NCBI GenBank assembly: GCA_965602015.1
Contig: OZ271918.1
Coordinates: 1,312,001-1,376,000 of the forward strand
Source: Salinispira sp.
GTDB lineage: Bacteria > Spirochaetota > Spirochaetia > DSM-27196 > Salinispiraceae
DNA: 64,000 bases
Direction of reading: 5' to 3'
Below, piece after piece: positions 49,475 through 58,843 of this stretch. The position numbers and the translations under genes were made by a program. Position 1 is the stretch's first letter, and every line of letters starts with the position of its first letter. The notes under the pieces are model-generated. The model saw only the letters and a program-made list of their open reading frames with translations. It was not told where the DNA came from and made no database searches.

Positions 49475-51023
49475 TGCCGATGCCCTGCCAGCGGCCCAAA
49501 AAGCAGGCTTCCATTATGCCTTTGTCGGTGTACAGCTCGGGTTGGGGGTAGAAAATTTCTCCATTATTTACAAAAGCGATTCTGCTTCCCAGAATGAGCG
49601 CCTCATCGAGTTCAGTGCTGATAATCAAAACAGCCGAGCCTTCCCGGGCTTTTTGCCTGATAAGCCGGTAAATTTCCCGGCGCTGCAGGGGGTCCAGCCC
49701 CCATCCGGGGCTGGCAATTATAAGAAGCGGGGGAATCGCAGCGGTCGAATCCGACGGCCGGATTTCCCGCTGCACAATCAGCCGTTGAAGCATTCCACCG
49801 GAGTACTGAGAAGCACCGGCTTCAAGGTCAAGGCCGACATCGGCGAAGCGGGAGAGCACAAGTTCCTTGAACCGCCGGCGGGGGCTGATGGACCGGGAGG
49901 TCATCAGGTTTACCCCCCTCAGGTATATTCCGATATTCTCCCAGGCCTTGGCCCCCAGGGCTACGCCCCGGGTTTTTCTCTGGCTGGGCACGATGCCGCA
50001 GTTTCTCCGTCTCAGGTTTCGGATGTCGCCCAGATCGATTTCTTCGCCGTTCAAAAAACATCTGCCCCGGTAGTCATCGGCCCGGCCCGACAGCAGCCGC
50101 TCCAACTGCTCCAGGCCCTCATCGCGTATGCCGCAGACCGACAATATTTCCCCGGCTTTGATGCGTATATTGATATCACGGAGGCTGCAGAGGTCGGCAA
50201 AATCCCGGCTAAGCGAGTGCAGCTCAAAAACCGGATCCCCCTGGACGCCGGTTGCGGCATTCTGCGGCTCCTGATCATCCTCAAAGAAGGGAAGGGAGTC
50301 CTTGTTTTCCGGGTGAACAAACATTTGCCGGTGGATGTCCTCAAGCGGGGGAAAGTTCTCCCTGCTGTAGCTGGCCACCGCCAAGCCCCGCCTCATGAGG
50401 GTTATTCTCTGAGCATGCGTCAAAGCCTCTGCTATGCGGTGGGTAATAAGCAGTACTGCGGCTCCCTTGGAAACCACCCGGGAGAGGGCGTGGTAAAACA
50501 GCCTGCTCTCGGTTTCAGACAGGACGGCGGTGGGCTCATCGAGAATAAATGTGCGGATATCGTCCCGGCTGAGCAGCACCGCCGCGCAGTAAATATGCAA
50601 TAGGTTACTGCTTATCGAGGCAACGTCATCATGGAGCATTTGGCGGTCGGGTTCGCCGTCCAGCACTGAACTGATTCTTTCGCAGAGGATGTGCCGCCTC
50701 TGATTCCCGCTGGTCCACCGGGGCAGACTCCGGTGCCCCTGGGAATAATAGAGCCAAAGGTACTCCTCAAGACTGGTCTCGGGATAGCTGAGTAAATGCT
50801 GGGGCAGGTAAAGGCTTTGGGGAATTGCAAACTCCCCCTCATCGGCAGTGAGTCTGCCATGGAGAATTTTCGCCAGGGTCGTTTTCCCGGCCCCGTTCTC
50901 TCCCACCAGCAAATGAAGTTCGCCCGGAGCAATATTGAGGCTCACCCCGTCCACCGCAGGGCGCTCGGCCCCGGGGTAGCGGAATGCAATATTGTGTACG
51001 TTTACCGGAGTATCAGTTTTCAC
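49467..51023 (-). CDS. ABC transporter ATP-binding protein (two NBDs, CUT2-like)
   Basis: GENGAGKTT, ILDEPTAVL, ITHRI.E, second domain SGGMLQRL..REI, LIISTELDE. Confidence 0.9.
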   Translation of the reverse strand: MKTDTPVNVHNIAFRYPGAERPAVDGVSLNIAPGELHLLVGENGAGKTTLAKILHGRLTADEGEFAIPQSLYLPQHLLSYPETSLEEYLWLYYSQGHRSLPRWTSGNQRRHILCERISSVLDGEPDRQMLHDDVASISSNLLHIYCAAVLLSRDDIRTFILDEPTAVLSETESRLFYHALSRVVSKGAAVLLITHRIAEALTHAQRITLMRRGLAVASYSRENFPPLEDIHRQMFVHPENKDSLPFFEDDQEPQNAATGVQGDPVFELHSLSRDFADLCSLRDINIRIKAGEILSVCGIRDEGLEQLERLLSGRADDYRGRCFLNGEEIDLGDIRNLRRRNCGIVPSQRKTRGVALGAKAWENIGIYLRGVNLMTSRSISPRRRFKELVLSRFADVGLDLEAGASQYSGGMLQRLIVQREIRPSDSTAAIPPLLIIASPGWGLDPLQRREIYRLIRQKAREGSAVLIISTELDEALILGSRIAFVNNGEIFYPQPELYTDKGIMEACFLGRWQGIGNA

Positions 51024-52056
51024 TGCCGAGCACTAGGGTCCCGGAACGCACGGCGCCGATGAGTTCATCCATGGCCTGGCGAATGCTTTCAGGAACAAAC
51101 TGCTCGTATTCCGGCTCTTCGGTGGCGTAGCCCACAGCCCCTTCGCGGATGCCCGCATAGCGGGTGCTGCCGTATTCCAGGTTGCCGGCAATTGCCGAGG
51201 AGACGATTTCTGCGGTCAGTCCGTCAATGTTAACCACCGAACTTCCCAGGACGGTTCCCGGCGAATATTCGTAGCCCGGGGAATCATACCAGAGCACATA
51301 GTTTCCGGCGTTTTCCGCAGCGGCAATTACTCCCTGGTTTCCGCTTCCCGCAATGGTCAGAATGACGTCGCCCCCCTGCCGGATAATGGAATCCGCCAGC
51401 TCCCGGGCCCGTTCGGCATCAAACCAATTGCCGAGAACCCGGAACTCAACGCTCGCCGCTTCGCCGGCGGCATCCCGAAAACCCGACTCAAACCCCGGTC
51501 GAATTTCGTTGTTCATCACGGGGTATTCCTGTCCGGCAATAAGGCCGGCGACGAGTTCGGGGTTTGCGCCGTCAAGCTCCGCCGAACTGGTTACCAGCCC
51601 GGCAAAGTATCCCGAAAGATATGCCTGTTCAAACTGATTGAGCATAACCGCTGCAAGATTGCCGATGCCCGGGTTTTCCGCATCCATAACAATAAAGCGC
51701 TGACGGGGAAACAGTTCGGTAATGCCTGCGACCAGGTCCGGTATGGAAGGGTTTGAGCTGACGATGAGATCGTATTCTTCGGTGGCGGCCAGGTTCCTGA
51801 GCTTTTCACCCCATTCTGCCTGGTTAAACCCCGCCTCGAAAACCTTCACTTCGACGGTGCCGCCGTTTGCCGAGGCAGTGTCAGCGGCCTGTCGGACCCC
51901 ATCAACCAGTAGTTCATAGGTGGGGCTGCCGGCGACCTGGCCGGGAATAAACACGCCGATGGAATAGACGCCTGTTTCATCTTCGCCGGAACCTCCGGCG
52001 AAAATACATAGCGACAGCAATAGGGTAAAAACCGTAAATGTAATTCGAGAACGCAT
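51013..52056 (-). CDS. BMP family ABC substrate-binding protein
   Basis: Signal ..FAGGSGE, EQAYLSGYFAG, GNWFDAE, AGSGNQGVI.AA; start ATG 52056 with AGGAAGG SD. Confidence 0.88.
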   Translation of the reverse strand: MRSRITFTVFTLLLSLCIFAGGSGEDETGVYSIGVFIPGQVAGSPTYELLVDGVRQAADTASANGGTVEVKVFEAGFNQAEWGEKLRNLAATEEYDLIVSSNPSIPDLVAGITELFPRQRFIVMDAENPGIGNLAAVMLNQFEQAYLSGYFAGLVTSSAELDGANPELVAGLIAGQEYPVMNNEIRPGFESGFRDAAGEAASVEFRVLGNWFDAERARELADSIIRQGGDVILTIAGSGNQGVIAAAENAGNYVLWYDSPGYEYSPGTVLGSSVVNIDGLTAEIVSSAIAGNLEYGSTRYAGIREGAVGYATEEPEYEQFVPESIRQAMDELIGAVRSGTLVLGSEN

Positions 52057-52193
52057 GCAGCACCTTCCTGATATATCGTCAATTATAGAGTTAGACACCC
52101 TGCAGGTGTACTGTGAAGATATAAATTTTACGCGCTTATGAAAAGCCGGCACTTCGTGTATAGTGACGGGAGGGCAAATCAATCGCAAACAGG

Positions 52194-53633
52194 ATGCAAA
52201 ACATGAGTGGTAAAACCGTCCTATGCCTCGACTTCGGCACATCATCGGTGAAAGCGGGAATCATCGATTCCGGAGGCGGGCTGTTGTGGACTGGAAATCA
52301 GGTGTTCCCCCGGGTACCCGATTATAATAACTGGGAAACCAATCAATGGCTGTACGCCCTCGAGCAGTTGTTTTCCGATTTGTCCGCTGTCCGCAGAAAT
52401 GGGGAACTTGAGCATCCGGACGCCGTGGTGGTGAGCGGAAACGGGCCGACAATCGCCGTCCTGGGAGAGAATTACGCTGACCGCCGGCTCTTCAGCTGGC
52501 CGGTGCTCCTGTGGATGAAGGCCCCGGATCTACGGGTTGCCGGCCACAAGAGTTTCTATCTGCCCAAGATCAACTGGTACCGAAGCACAGAATCGGACGA
52601 TTTCGCACGGGCCCGGCGTTTTCTATCGGGGCCGGAATATATTTCCTGGGTTCTGAGCGGGGAGGAGTTTACCGTTACGCCTCATGACGAGTTTACCCCC
52701 TTCATCTGGAATGACGAGAGTATTGAAGCTTATGGATTGAATGCCGATCTGTTTCCGCCCTTTGCCTCGGTTGGCCAGGCAGTGGGAAAAATCGATCGCC
52801 GGGGCAGCGAAATCAGCGGATTGCCCGAGGGTCTTCCCCTGTATGCCGGCGGGTCTGATTTCCTCATGAGCTTGCTGGGTACCGGCGTCATTGAACCCGG
52901 ACTGACATGCGACCGGGCGGGGACCAGCGAGGGAATAAACTACTGCAGCGACAAGGCGGTGGAGAACGAATCCCTCAGGACTCTGCCGCATATAATCCCC
53001 GGACGCTACAATGTGGCGGGAATACTCTCCAGCACCGGACGGATGTTCGAGTGGTTCCGCACATTTTCCCACCAGCGCGAAATTTCCTACCATGAAATGA
53101 TGGAGAGAATTGAGGCGGTGAGAAGCAAAGGCCCCTCGCCATACTTTTTTCCCTCGGTTCATCAGGGCAATTCCTGGGATTTCAAAGGCGGCATGTTCGC
53201 CGGACTCCAGCCTGAGCACAGCAGCGCCGACCTCGGCCGCGCGGTGGTTAATGCCATCGGTTACAGTATTCGCAGCGCCCTTGAATATCTTCGCGACAGT
53301 TCCTGTACAGTACATAGTATGAGAAGCTGCGGCGGGCAGGCAAAGAACGCTCTTTGGTGTCAAATGAAGGCTGACATAAGCGGTGTGGCCATCGAGGTTC
53401 CCCTCATAAAGGACGCCGAGCTCAGCGGATGCGCGGCCGTGGGGTTTTACGGCATGGGGGAGTTTTCCTCAATATCCGAAGCCGTCGGCTCCCTGGTTCG
53501 CATAGAGTCCCGATATGAACCGAGGGCTGAAGAGGTTGAGTTCCATCAGCGTAATTTCCTTGCCTGGAAGGAATCCTATGCATACATTCGGGAAGCAGCC
53601 AGGCACCTGCCGCATTTGACGGAGGCACAATAA
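52194..53633 (+). CDS. FGGY-family carbohydrate kinase (xylulokinase-like)
   Basis: LDFGTSSVKA, GGSDF, RAGTSEG, CGGQAKN.LWCQMKADI. Confidence 0.85.
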   Translation: MQNMSGKTVLCLDFGTSSVKAGIIDSGGGLLWTGNQVFPRVPDYNNWETNQWLYALEQLFSDLSAVRRNGELEHPDAVVVSGNGPTIAVLGENYADRRLFSWPVLLWMKAPDLRVAGHKSFYLPKINWYRSTESDDFARARRFLSGPEYISWVLSGEEFTVTPHDEFTPFIWNDESIEAYGLNADLFPPFASVGQAVGKIDRRGSEISGLPEGLPLYAGGSDFLMSLLGTGVIEPGLTCDRAGTSEGINYCSDKAVENESLRTLPHIIPGRYNVAGILSSTGRMFEWFRTFSHQREISYHEMMERIEAVRSKGPSPYFFPSVHQGNSWDFKGGMFAGLQPEHSSADLGRAVVNAIGYSIRSALEYLRDSSCTVHSMRSCGGQAKNALWCQMKADISGVAIEVPLIKDAELSGCAAVGFYGMGEFSSISEAVGSLVRIESRYEPRAEEVEFHQRNFLAWKESYAYIREAARHLPHLTEAQ

Positions 53634-54010
53634 TGTTCTTTTTTTGGTCTTTCCCCTTTTACATTTTCGTCCCGTTTATCCTGTTTTCCATTATTTTCCG
53701 GGTGATGAGGCATATCAATATCCGCCAGCTGGAAGAAAGGCGAACGGACCGCTCTCATCTTCCAAAAGTCCTTCGCCGGGGCAATGTATCCTCCGAAAGC
53801 AGCAGCGATGACTTTGAAGTCTATGTCTACCGCCTCGCAGCCAAGTACAAAGGCCGCTTGACTCCGGCAAAAATTGTCGTCGATTCGGGACTTCCGATGA
53901 AAGAAGTAGAGAAGCGAATGAGTGCCCTGGTTGATAATCTGCATGTGCGCATGGAAGTCAGTGATGAAGGCTTGATTTACTACGATTTCCCCGAACTCGA
54001 GGGGCAATAA
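53633..54010 (+). CDS. Hypothetical membrane-anchored protein
   Basis: Hydrophobic N-terminus; coupled to the kinase stop (TAATG). Confidence 0.7.
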   Translation: MFFFWSFPFYIFVPFILFSIIFRVMRHINIRQLEERRTDRSHLPKVLRRGNVSSESSSDDFEVYVYRLAAKYKGRLTPAKIVVDSGLPMKEVEKRMSALVDNLHVRMEVSDEGLIYYDFPELEGQ

Positions 54011-54036
54011 CGCGGAGTATGCATTAGCATGTAGCT

Positions 54037-54723
54037 ATGGGCAGAAAACCTCTCAGCGAATCACAGCGACAGGAAAAAATACGCAACTTATGTAATTCCG
54101 CTTTGGCATTGCTCGCAGACGCCCACTACGACGACCTCAAGGTTTCCGATATCGCCCACAATGCGGGTGTGGCGAAGGGAACAGTGTTTCTCTATTTTTC
54201 AAGCAAAGAAGAGCTGTTTCTCGAGGCCGCCCGACTCGAATTGTATCAGTGGTTCAGTGATTTGTCTGACGGTCTGAAGCCCCTCTTAGAGAGGGACCAA
54301 ACCCATGATGTCGAAAGCTTCCTGAGGATTCTCGCTCAGGTTACCGGTAATCACGTTATTCTCAGCAGGCTCATGAGAGATACGGTTAGCCGGTTTTTTC
54401 ACGGAGCCGGCGAAAAAGCCCGGTACCGGTATTTTTCAAGTTTTACCGCCCTGGTTGATTCCGGCGGACAGCTGATAGAGGAGTTTTTTCCCTATCTCGA
54501 ACGTCGGAAAGGCCAGGGGATCTTTTCCCGGATTCTCGCAGCCCTCGAACTCATATCCGGTTACGGGGTGCTGTGGGGTGAGTACGTCCGCCAGACCGGC
54601 ATGGAAACCGAGGACGCCCTTATCAGTGAATCCCCCGCAAGAAAAGAAGAGGGAATCCTGCCTGCTTCTGATTTTTTTATTCACAGCATCCGACGAATTC
54701 TCAAGGGTTACTCCATCCAATAA
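54037..54723 (+). CDS. TetR/AcrR family regulator
   Basis: KVSDIAHNAGVAKGTVFLYFSSKEELF. Confidence 0.92.
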   Translation: MGRKPLSESQRQEKIRNLCNSALALLADAHYDDLKVSDIAHNAGVAKGTVFLYFSSKEELFLEAARLELYQWFSDLSDGLKPLLERDQTHDVESFLRILAQVTGNHVILSRLMRDTVSRFFHGAGEKARYRYFSSFTALVDSGGQLIEEFFPYLERRKGQGIFSRILAALELISGYGVLWGEYVRQTGMETEDALISESPARKEEGILPASDFFIHSIRRILKGYSIQ

Positions 54724-54744
54724 GCCCGAGTAAAGAGAAAAATT

Positions 54745-54897
54745 GGTACTGCCCCCAAAACAGCTGATTTTACTCTAATAAATCATTATGTGAGAACGAC
54801 TAGGTTGGACTTGGGCGATGCTTGTAGTGAAACGCGGGTAAATCGTCTTCCACCAACGGATAAGATGATTTAAATCAGCTGTTTTGGGGGCAGTACA
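54745..54897. mobile_element. MITE-like element (~150 bp) with perfect 25-bp terminal inverted repeats
   Basis: GTACTGCCCCCAAAACAGCTGATTT (54746-54770) and its exact reverse complement (54872-54896); no coding capacity. Confidence 0.75.
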
Positions 54898-54899
54898 CA

Positions 54900-55259
54900 T
54901 CAAATCTGAAATAGCCGGTCTACGGCGATCAGAACCCGACCCGGATCAAAGGGTTTGACGATAAAGTCCTTGGCCCCGATTCCCAGGGCATTAAACACCA
55001 TGCGTTTTTGGCCCACCGCCGATACGATTATAACCCGCGCTATGGGATCAAAATCCATCAGACGCTCAAGCACCTCAATCCCGTTTAGCTTCGGCATGGT
55101 GATGTCCAGGGTGACAAAATCAGGCGCGGAACTCTTGTAGAGATCAATGGCCTGTTCGCCGTTTTCCGCCTCGGCTATTACCTGGTAACGGGGTTCAAGA
55201 ATATCCTTTAATCTCATCCGCATTACGGCGGCATCGTCCACGATCAGTACGCTTCTCAT
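54900..55259 (-). CDS. cheY: CheY-like single-domain response regulator
   Basis: VLIVDD, TLDITMP, VSAVGQ, GAKDFIVKPF. Confidence 0.85.
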   Translation of the reverse strand: MRSVLIVDDAAVMRMRLKDILEPRYQVIAEAENGEQAIDLYKSSAPDFVTLDITMPKLNGIEVLERLMDFDPIARVIIVSAVGQKRMVFNALGIGAKDFIVKPFDPGRVLIAVDRLFQI

Positions 55260-55262
55260 TGA

Positions 55263-55739
55263 TTATTTCCCGTCTGAATTTTCGGCCAGAGCGATATTAA
55301 TTTCCATAGTTCCCAGCTGAGAAATGAAATTCAAACTGATCGTCGGAAGATTTAAAAAATCGATTCGCAGGGCTGGACCGGAAAACACCGTGGGCGGGGT
55401 TATGTTTATGAGCTTGTCCTCCCCGGCAAGCTCAATGGACGCCATACCGGTAATCATGTTTGCAATCTCGCTCACTGCGCTGTGAGTGAGCTTTCGCACC
55501 TCCGCCGGCACCTTGCCGGGGAGCATGGCGCGGCACACCGCCTCGGCGAAGTTGGCGTCCATGGAGTATACCACCTGTCCCTTCAGCGGCCCGGTTACCC
55601 CGATAATTATGGACATATCCTGACTGGGCATGGGGCTGGTCCGTTTAGTCAGGCCTTTACGAGCCAGCTCGACACCCACTTCCTTGCGAAAAACCTTCAC
55701 CGCCGATGTGATAAACGGATTTGCGTACTCTGCTTTCAT
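55263..55739 (-). CDS. cheX: Chemotaxis phosphatase CheX
   Basis: YANPFI, IIGVTG.LKGQVVYS, SAVSEIANMITG, INITPPT. Confidence 0.9.
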   Translation of the reverse strand: MKAEYANPFITSAVKVFRKEVGVELARKGLTKRTSPMPSQDMSIIIGVTGPLKGQVVYSMDANFAEAVCRAMLPGKVPAEVRKLTHSAVSEIANMITGMASIELAGEDKLINITPPTVFSGPALRIDFLNLPTISLNFISQLGTMEINIALAENSDGK

Positions 55740-57394
55740 GAATCCTCATCCTTGTAGGGTATTCGAATGGTAAACACCGTGCCCTTGGTGTCCTGGGTTT
55801 TGACGCTGATGGTTCCGCCGAGTTTTTTAACCGCAGCCTTCACCGCTGATAATCCCACTCCCCGGCCGGATATGCTGTCTGCACTTTCGGAAGTGCTGAA
55901 CCCGCTGCGAAAGAGAAGCTTAATGAGTTCGCCCCGACTGGCATTGTTGCCGTCGCTCAAGAGTCCCCGGGAAATGGCTCTCTGGGCAACCTTTGAGTAA
56001 TCGATTCCCCGCCCGTCGTCGGCGAAGCGTATGCTGATGTCCCTGTTTTGATGGGAAATCCTGATATTCACCGAGCCTGCTTCGGCTTTACCTAGTTCGG
56101 CGCGCTCCCACGGGGCCTCGATTCCGTGGTCGATCATGTTTCGGATTAAGTGAACCGATGTTCCGGAAAGTTCCCGGTACCGGTCGGGCAATACGGGGAA
56201 ATCGCCCCCCTCAATCTCAACTTCTTCAAGCCGTTTTCCCAGCCGGGCTGCGATACCCCTGGCGAGATGGGGATATTGGCTGAACAGGCTGCGGAATGGA
56301 ACCTTGTAAAAACCGCGCAACGAACTCGTGAGTTTTTCATCACCCTTATAGTGGTCTTCTATGTAGCGCAGAAGCTGCTGAAATTGACGGCGGGGTACCC
56401 GCACCGCATCCACACCCTGCAGCCAGTCCTCTCCGAGGGTATCGACAATTTTCCGCAGTTCCTGGAAGTAAATTCTCTTAAGCGCCAATCCCTGTCCCCG
56501 GAAATCCACCGGCTCTTCAAGACTGAGCATATCTCCGATGTAGGTTTCAAGTTCATCTACAAGTTCATGGGTGTTGGAAAAATGAAAGAATGAGCAGTTC
56601 CCCTTAAAGGTATGAAGGTGGCGTTGGAGCTTTTGAATGCGGGGTATCTCCTGGCTTCCGCTGGCGATAATAGAATCGAGCTGGAAAAACAGCTCCTCGG
56701 CATCCCGGAGCAGATCCCGGAAATAGTTTTGATGGCTGACTGCGGTGAACACCATTTCCTTATTTCGCTCCTCCTGAACGAGTTGAAGAGAGAGGGACTT
56801 GCTTTCAGTGATATCCGTCAGACCGACCAGTATCCTGTCCGGAGGGATGAATCGGTACACAATCTGTGAAAGCCGGCCGTTGATCAGCCGCTCGCTCTCA
56901 AAGAGGTCGAAAACAACCTGGGGCTGGGCTTTTTGATCGAATAACAGCTGTATTCCCTGAGCGAAATCTTCCCGGTCGTCGGGCTGCTCAAAAAGCAGCC
57001 TACGCACATCTTCACCGGCGATCTCCTTGCCGAAGAATTCCCGGCATACCGTAGAGTGTTCCGGGAGCACCAAAAAGCTGCTGTCGAAAGTGAATACCGC
57101 CTGACCACTGATATCCAGCATACTCCGTATTGATGAGGTTCTCTGGGTAACCGCAAACTCCAATTCGGCATTGGCCTCTTTGAGAAGGTCCCTGTTCCTC
57201 CCGATGAAGAAGCCGCCGGCGGCCATTACTAACGGCGCAGACGAAATAATCACCAGCAGGCTGACGGGTCCTGCGGAAAAGGCATAGGTGATGAGGAACC
57301 CCGATAGGGGGAACAGAAGGCCGAGGAGAAATCCGGTGAAGCTGTAGCGCAGGCTGTCGGTACGTGTTTTTTGCATTCGCTCGCTGTTTTTCAT
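55736..57394 (-). CDS. Membrane-anchored CheA-like kinase (2 TM, PAS-like, HPt, HATPase; no CheW domain)
   Basis: RHLHTFKGN (HPt), HLIRNMIDHGIE, DDGRGID, LFRSGFST, SGRGVGL; protein ends right after the ATPase domain. Confidence 0.85.
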   Translation of the reverse strand: MKNSERMQKTRTDSLRYSFTGFLLGLLFPLSGFLITYAFSAGPVSLLVIISSAPLVMAAGGFFIGRNRDLLKEANAELEFAVTQRTSSIRSMLDISGQAVFTFDSSFLVLPEHSTVCREFFGKEIAGEDVRRLLFEQPDDREDFAQGIQLLFDQKAQPQVVFDLFESERLINGRLSQIVYRFIPPDRILVGLTDITESKSLSLQLVQEERNKEMVFTAVSHQNYFRDLLRDAEELFFQLDSIIASGSQEIPRIQKLQRHLHTFKGNCSFFHFSNTHELVDELETYIGDMLSLEEPVDFRGQGLALKRIYFQELRKIVDTLGEDWLQGVDAVRVPRRQFQQLLRYIEDHYKGDEKLTSSLRGFYKVPFRSLFSQYPHLARGIAARLGKRLEEVEIEGGDFPVLPDRYRELSGTSVHLIRNMIDHGIEAPWERAELGKAEAGSVNIRISHQNRDISIRFADDGRGIDYSKVAQRAISRGLLSDGNNASRGELIKLLFRSGFSTSESADSISGRGVGLSAVKAAVKKLGGTISVKTQDTKGTVFTIRIPYKDEDS

Positions 57395-57486
57395 GTTATA
57401 GAGTTTTTATAGCTGCGTCAAATTCCTCTTTGCTTTTTATTCTCACGCGCCTTGATATAGTCGGCGAGCCCACTTACTATCAGCAC

Positions 57487-58350
57487 ATGTTTCGTCGAAT
57501 AGGATATATGCTGGCCGCAAGCCTGAGCTTTGCGATAATGGGCGTCTTTGTCAGATCGGCAGCCGAAACCCATCTGATTTGGAAGGTGTTCTTCCGCAAT
57601 GCCATCGTACTGGTAATTATCGTTCTCAGCATGCCTGTTGCGCAATGGGGGATTTTGGTCGGGAACCGGGGAAACCGTCTGGCCCTGTCTGCCCGGGGTA
57701 TTTCGGGCACCCTGGGCGTTCTGGGATACTTTATCGGCATCCAGTATCTGCCCCTTGCCAACGCATCCATCCTCAACAGACTCAATCCGTTCTTCGTGGC
57801 GGGCTTCGCAGCCCTCTTCCTCGGACAAAAACTCAAAACCGCTCAGGTTGTATCCCTTTTATTGGCATTTGCCGGCGCGGTGCTGGTTGTCGGACCGGGA
57901 TCCGGTTTTCCCCTGCTGCCCACCGCCGCGGCCCTGTCCTCCGCCCTGTTCGCCGGGCTGGCCTATACAATAATCAGGTATATCGGTGAGCGGGAGGACC
58001 CTCGTACAATCATGGCCTATTTCGCGTTTATGAGTTTACTGTCCACCCTGCCGCTTATTATTCTGTGGGGCGCGGAAATCCGTCTGGTTGAACTGCCGTA
58101 TCTTTTGGGAATAGGAGTATTTGCGGCCTCAGGTCAGGGATTGCTGACCCTCGCTTACCGCGGCGGGCATGCGGCAACGGTTTCCGCCTTCGGGTATTCC
58201 AATGCGGTTTTTGCAGGCATCCTCGGATTTTTACTGTATGCTGAAAAGGGCAGCCCCGCCTTTTACATCGGCGCGGCCATTATTTTGTTCAGTCTGTTGA
58301 TTCTGTACCGGCAGAACAGTCATATCCGGAAAGGAGGCAAACGTGCCTGA
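57487..58350 (+). CDS. DMT/EamA family transporter
   Basis: Ten-TM pattern, LPLANASIL..LNPFFV. Start at ATG 57487 after TTGATA-17-TACTAT. Confidence 0.9.
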   Translation: MFRRIGYMLAASLSFAIMGVFVRSAAETHLIWKVFFRNAIVLVIIVLSMPVAQWGILVGNRGNRLALSARGISGTLGVLGYFIGIQYLPLANASILNRLNPFFVAGFAALFLGQKLKTAQVVSLLLAFAGAVLVVGPGSGFPLLPTAAALSSALFAGLAYTIIRYIGEREDPRTIMAYFAFMSLLSTLPLIILWGAEIRLVELPYLLGIGVFAASGQGLLTLAYRGGHAATVSAFGYSNAVFAGILGFLLYAEKGSPAFYIGAAIILFSLLILYRQNSHIRKGGKRA

Positions 58351-58843
58351 CAGGGATGAGAAAATACGAATTATCATTACCGGCGGGACCTTCGATAAGG
58401 AATATGATGCGATTAAGGGCGAACTGAGCTTCATCGACAGTCATCTCCCGGACATCATTAAAACCGTCCGCTGCACCCTTCCCATATCCCTGGAGATTAA
58501 TCAGTTGAGGGACAGCCTCGATATGAGCGACGATGACCGGAAAAGTATTGCCGAAAGCTGTCGGAATGCCGCTGAGACAAAAATCCTGATTACCCACGGC
58601 ACAGACACCATGACCCAAACAGCAGAACTCCTGGCCGCCCTCGGCTTACAAAAAACAATTATGCTAACCGGGGCAATGGTCCCATATTCCGTACGAGGCT
58701 CGGATGCCCTGTTCAACCTGGGAACTGCCGTCGCCGCCGTCGAGCTGCTCCCCGCTGGGGTCTACATCGCCATGAACGGGCGAATCTTCCCGGCGGGTTC
58801 GGTCGTCAAGGACAGGAGCAGGGGCGTCTTCATCGATAGGTGA
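58343..58843 (+). CDS. Single-domain asparaginase-like protein
   Basis: TGGTFDK, DSLDM, THGTDTM, LTGAMVP, SDALFNLG, GVYIAMNG. Confidence 0.88.
   Translation: MPDRDEKIRIIITGGTFDKEYDAIKGELSFIDSHLPDIIKTVRCTLPISLEINQLRDSLDMSDDDRKSIAESCRNAAETKILITHGTDTMTQTAELLAALGLQKTIMLTGAMVPYSVRGSDALFNLGTAVAAVELLPAGVYIAMNGRIFPAGSVVKDRSRGVFIDR

Noticed and set aside
49356..50603. 415-aa plus-strand ORF
   Set aside because: Antisense shadow of the ABC ATPase and permease genes.
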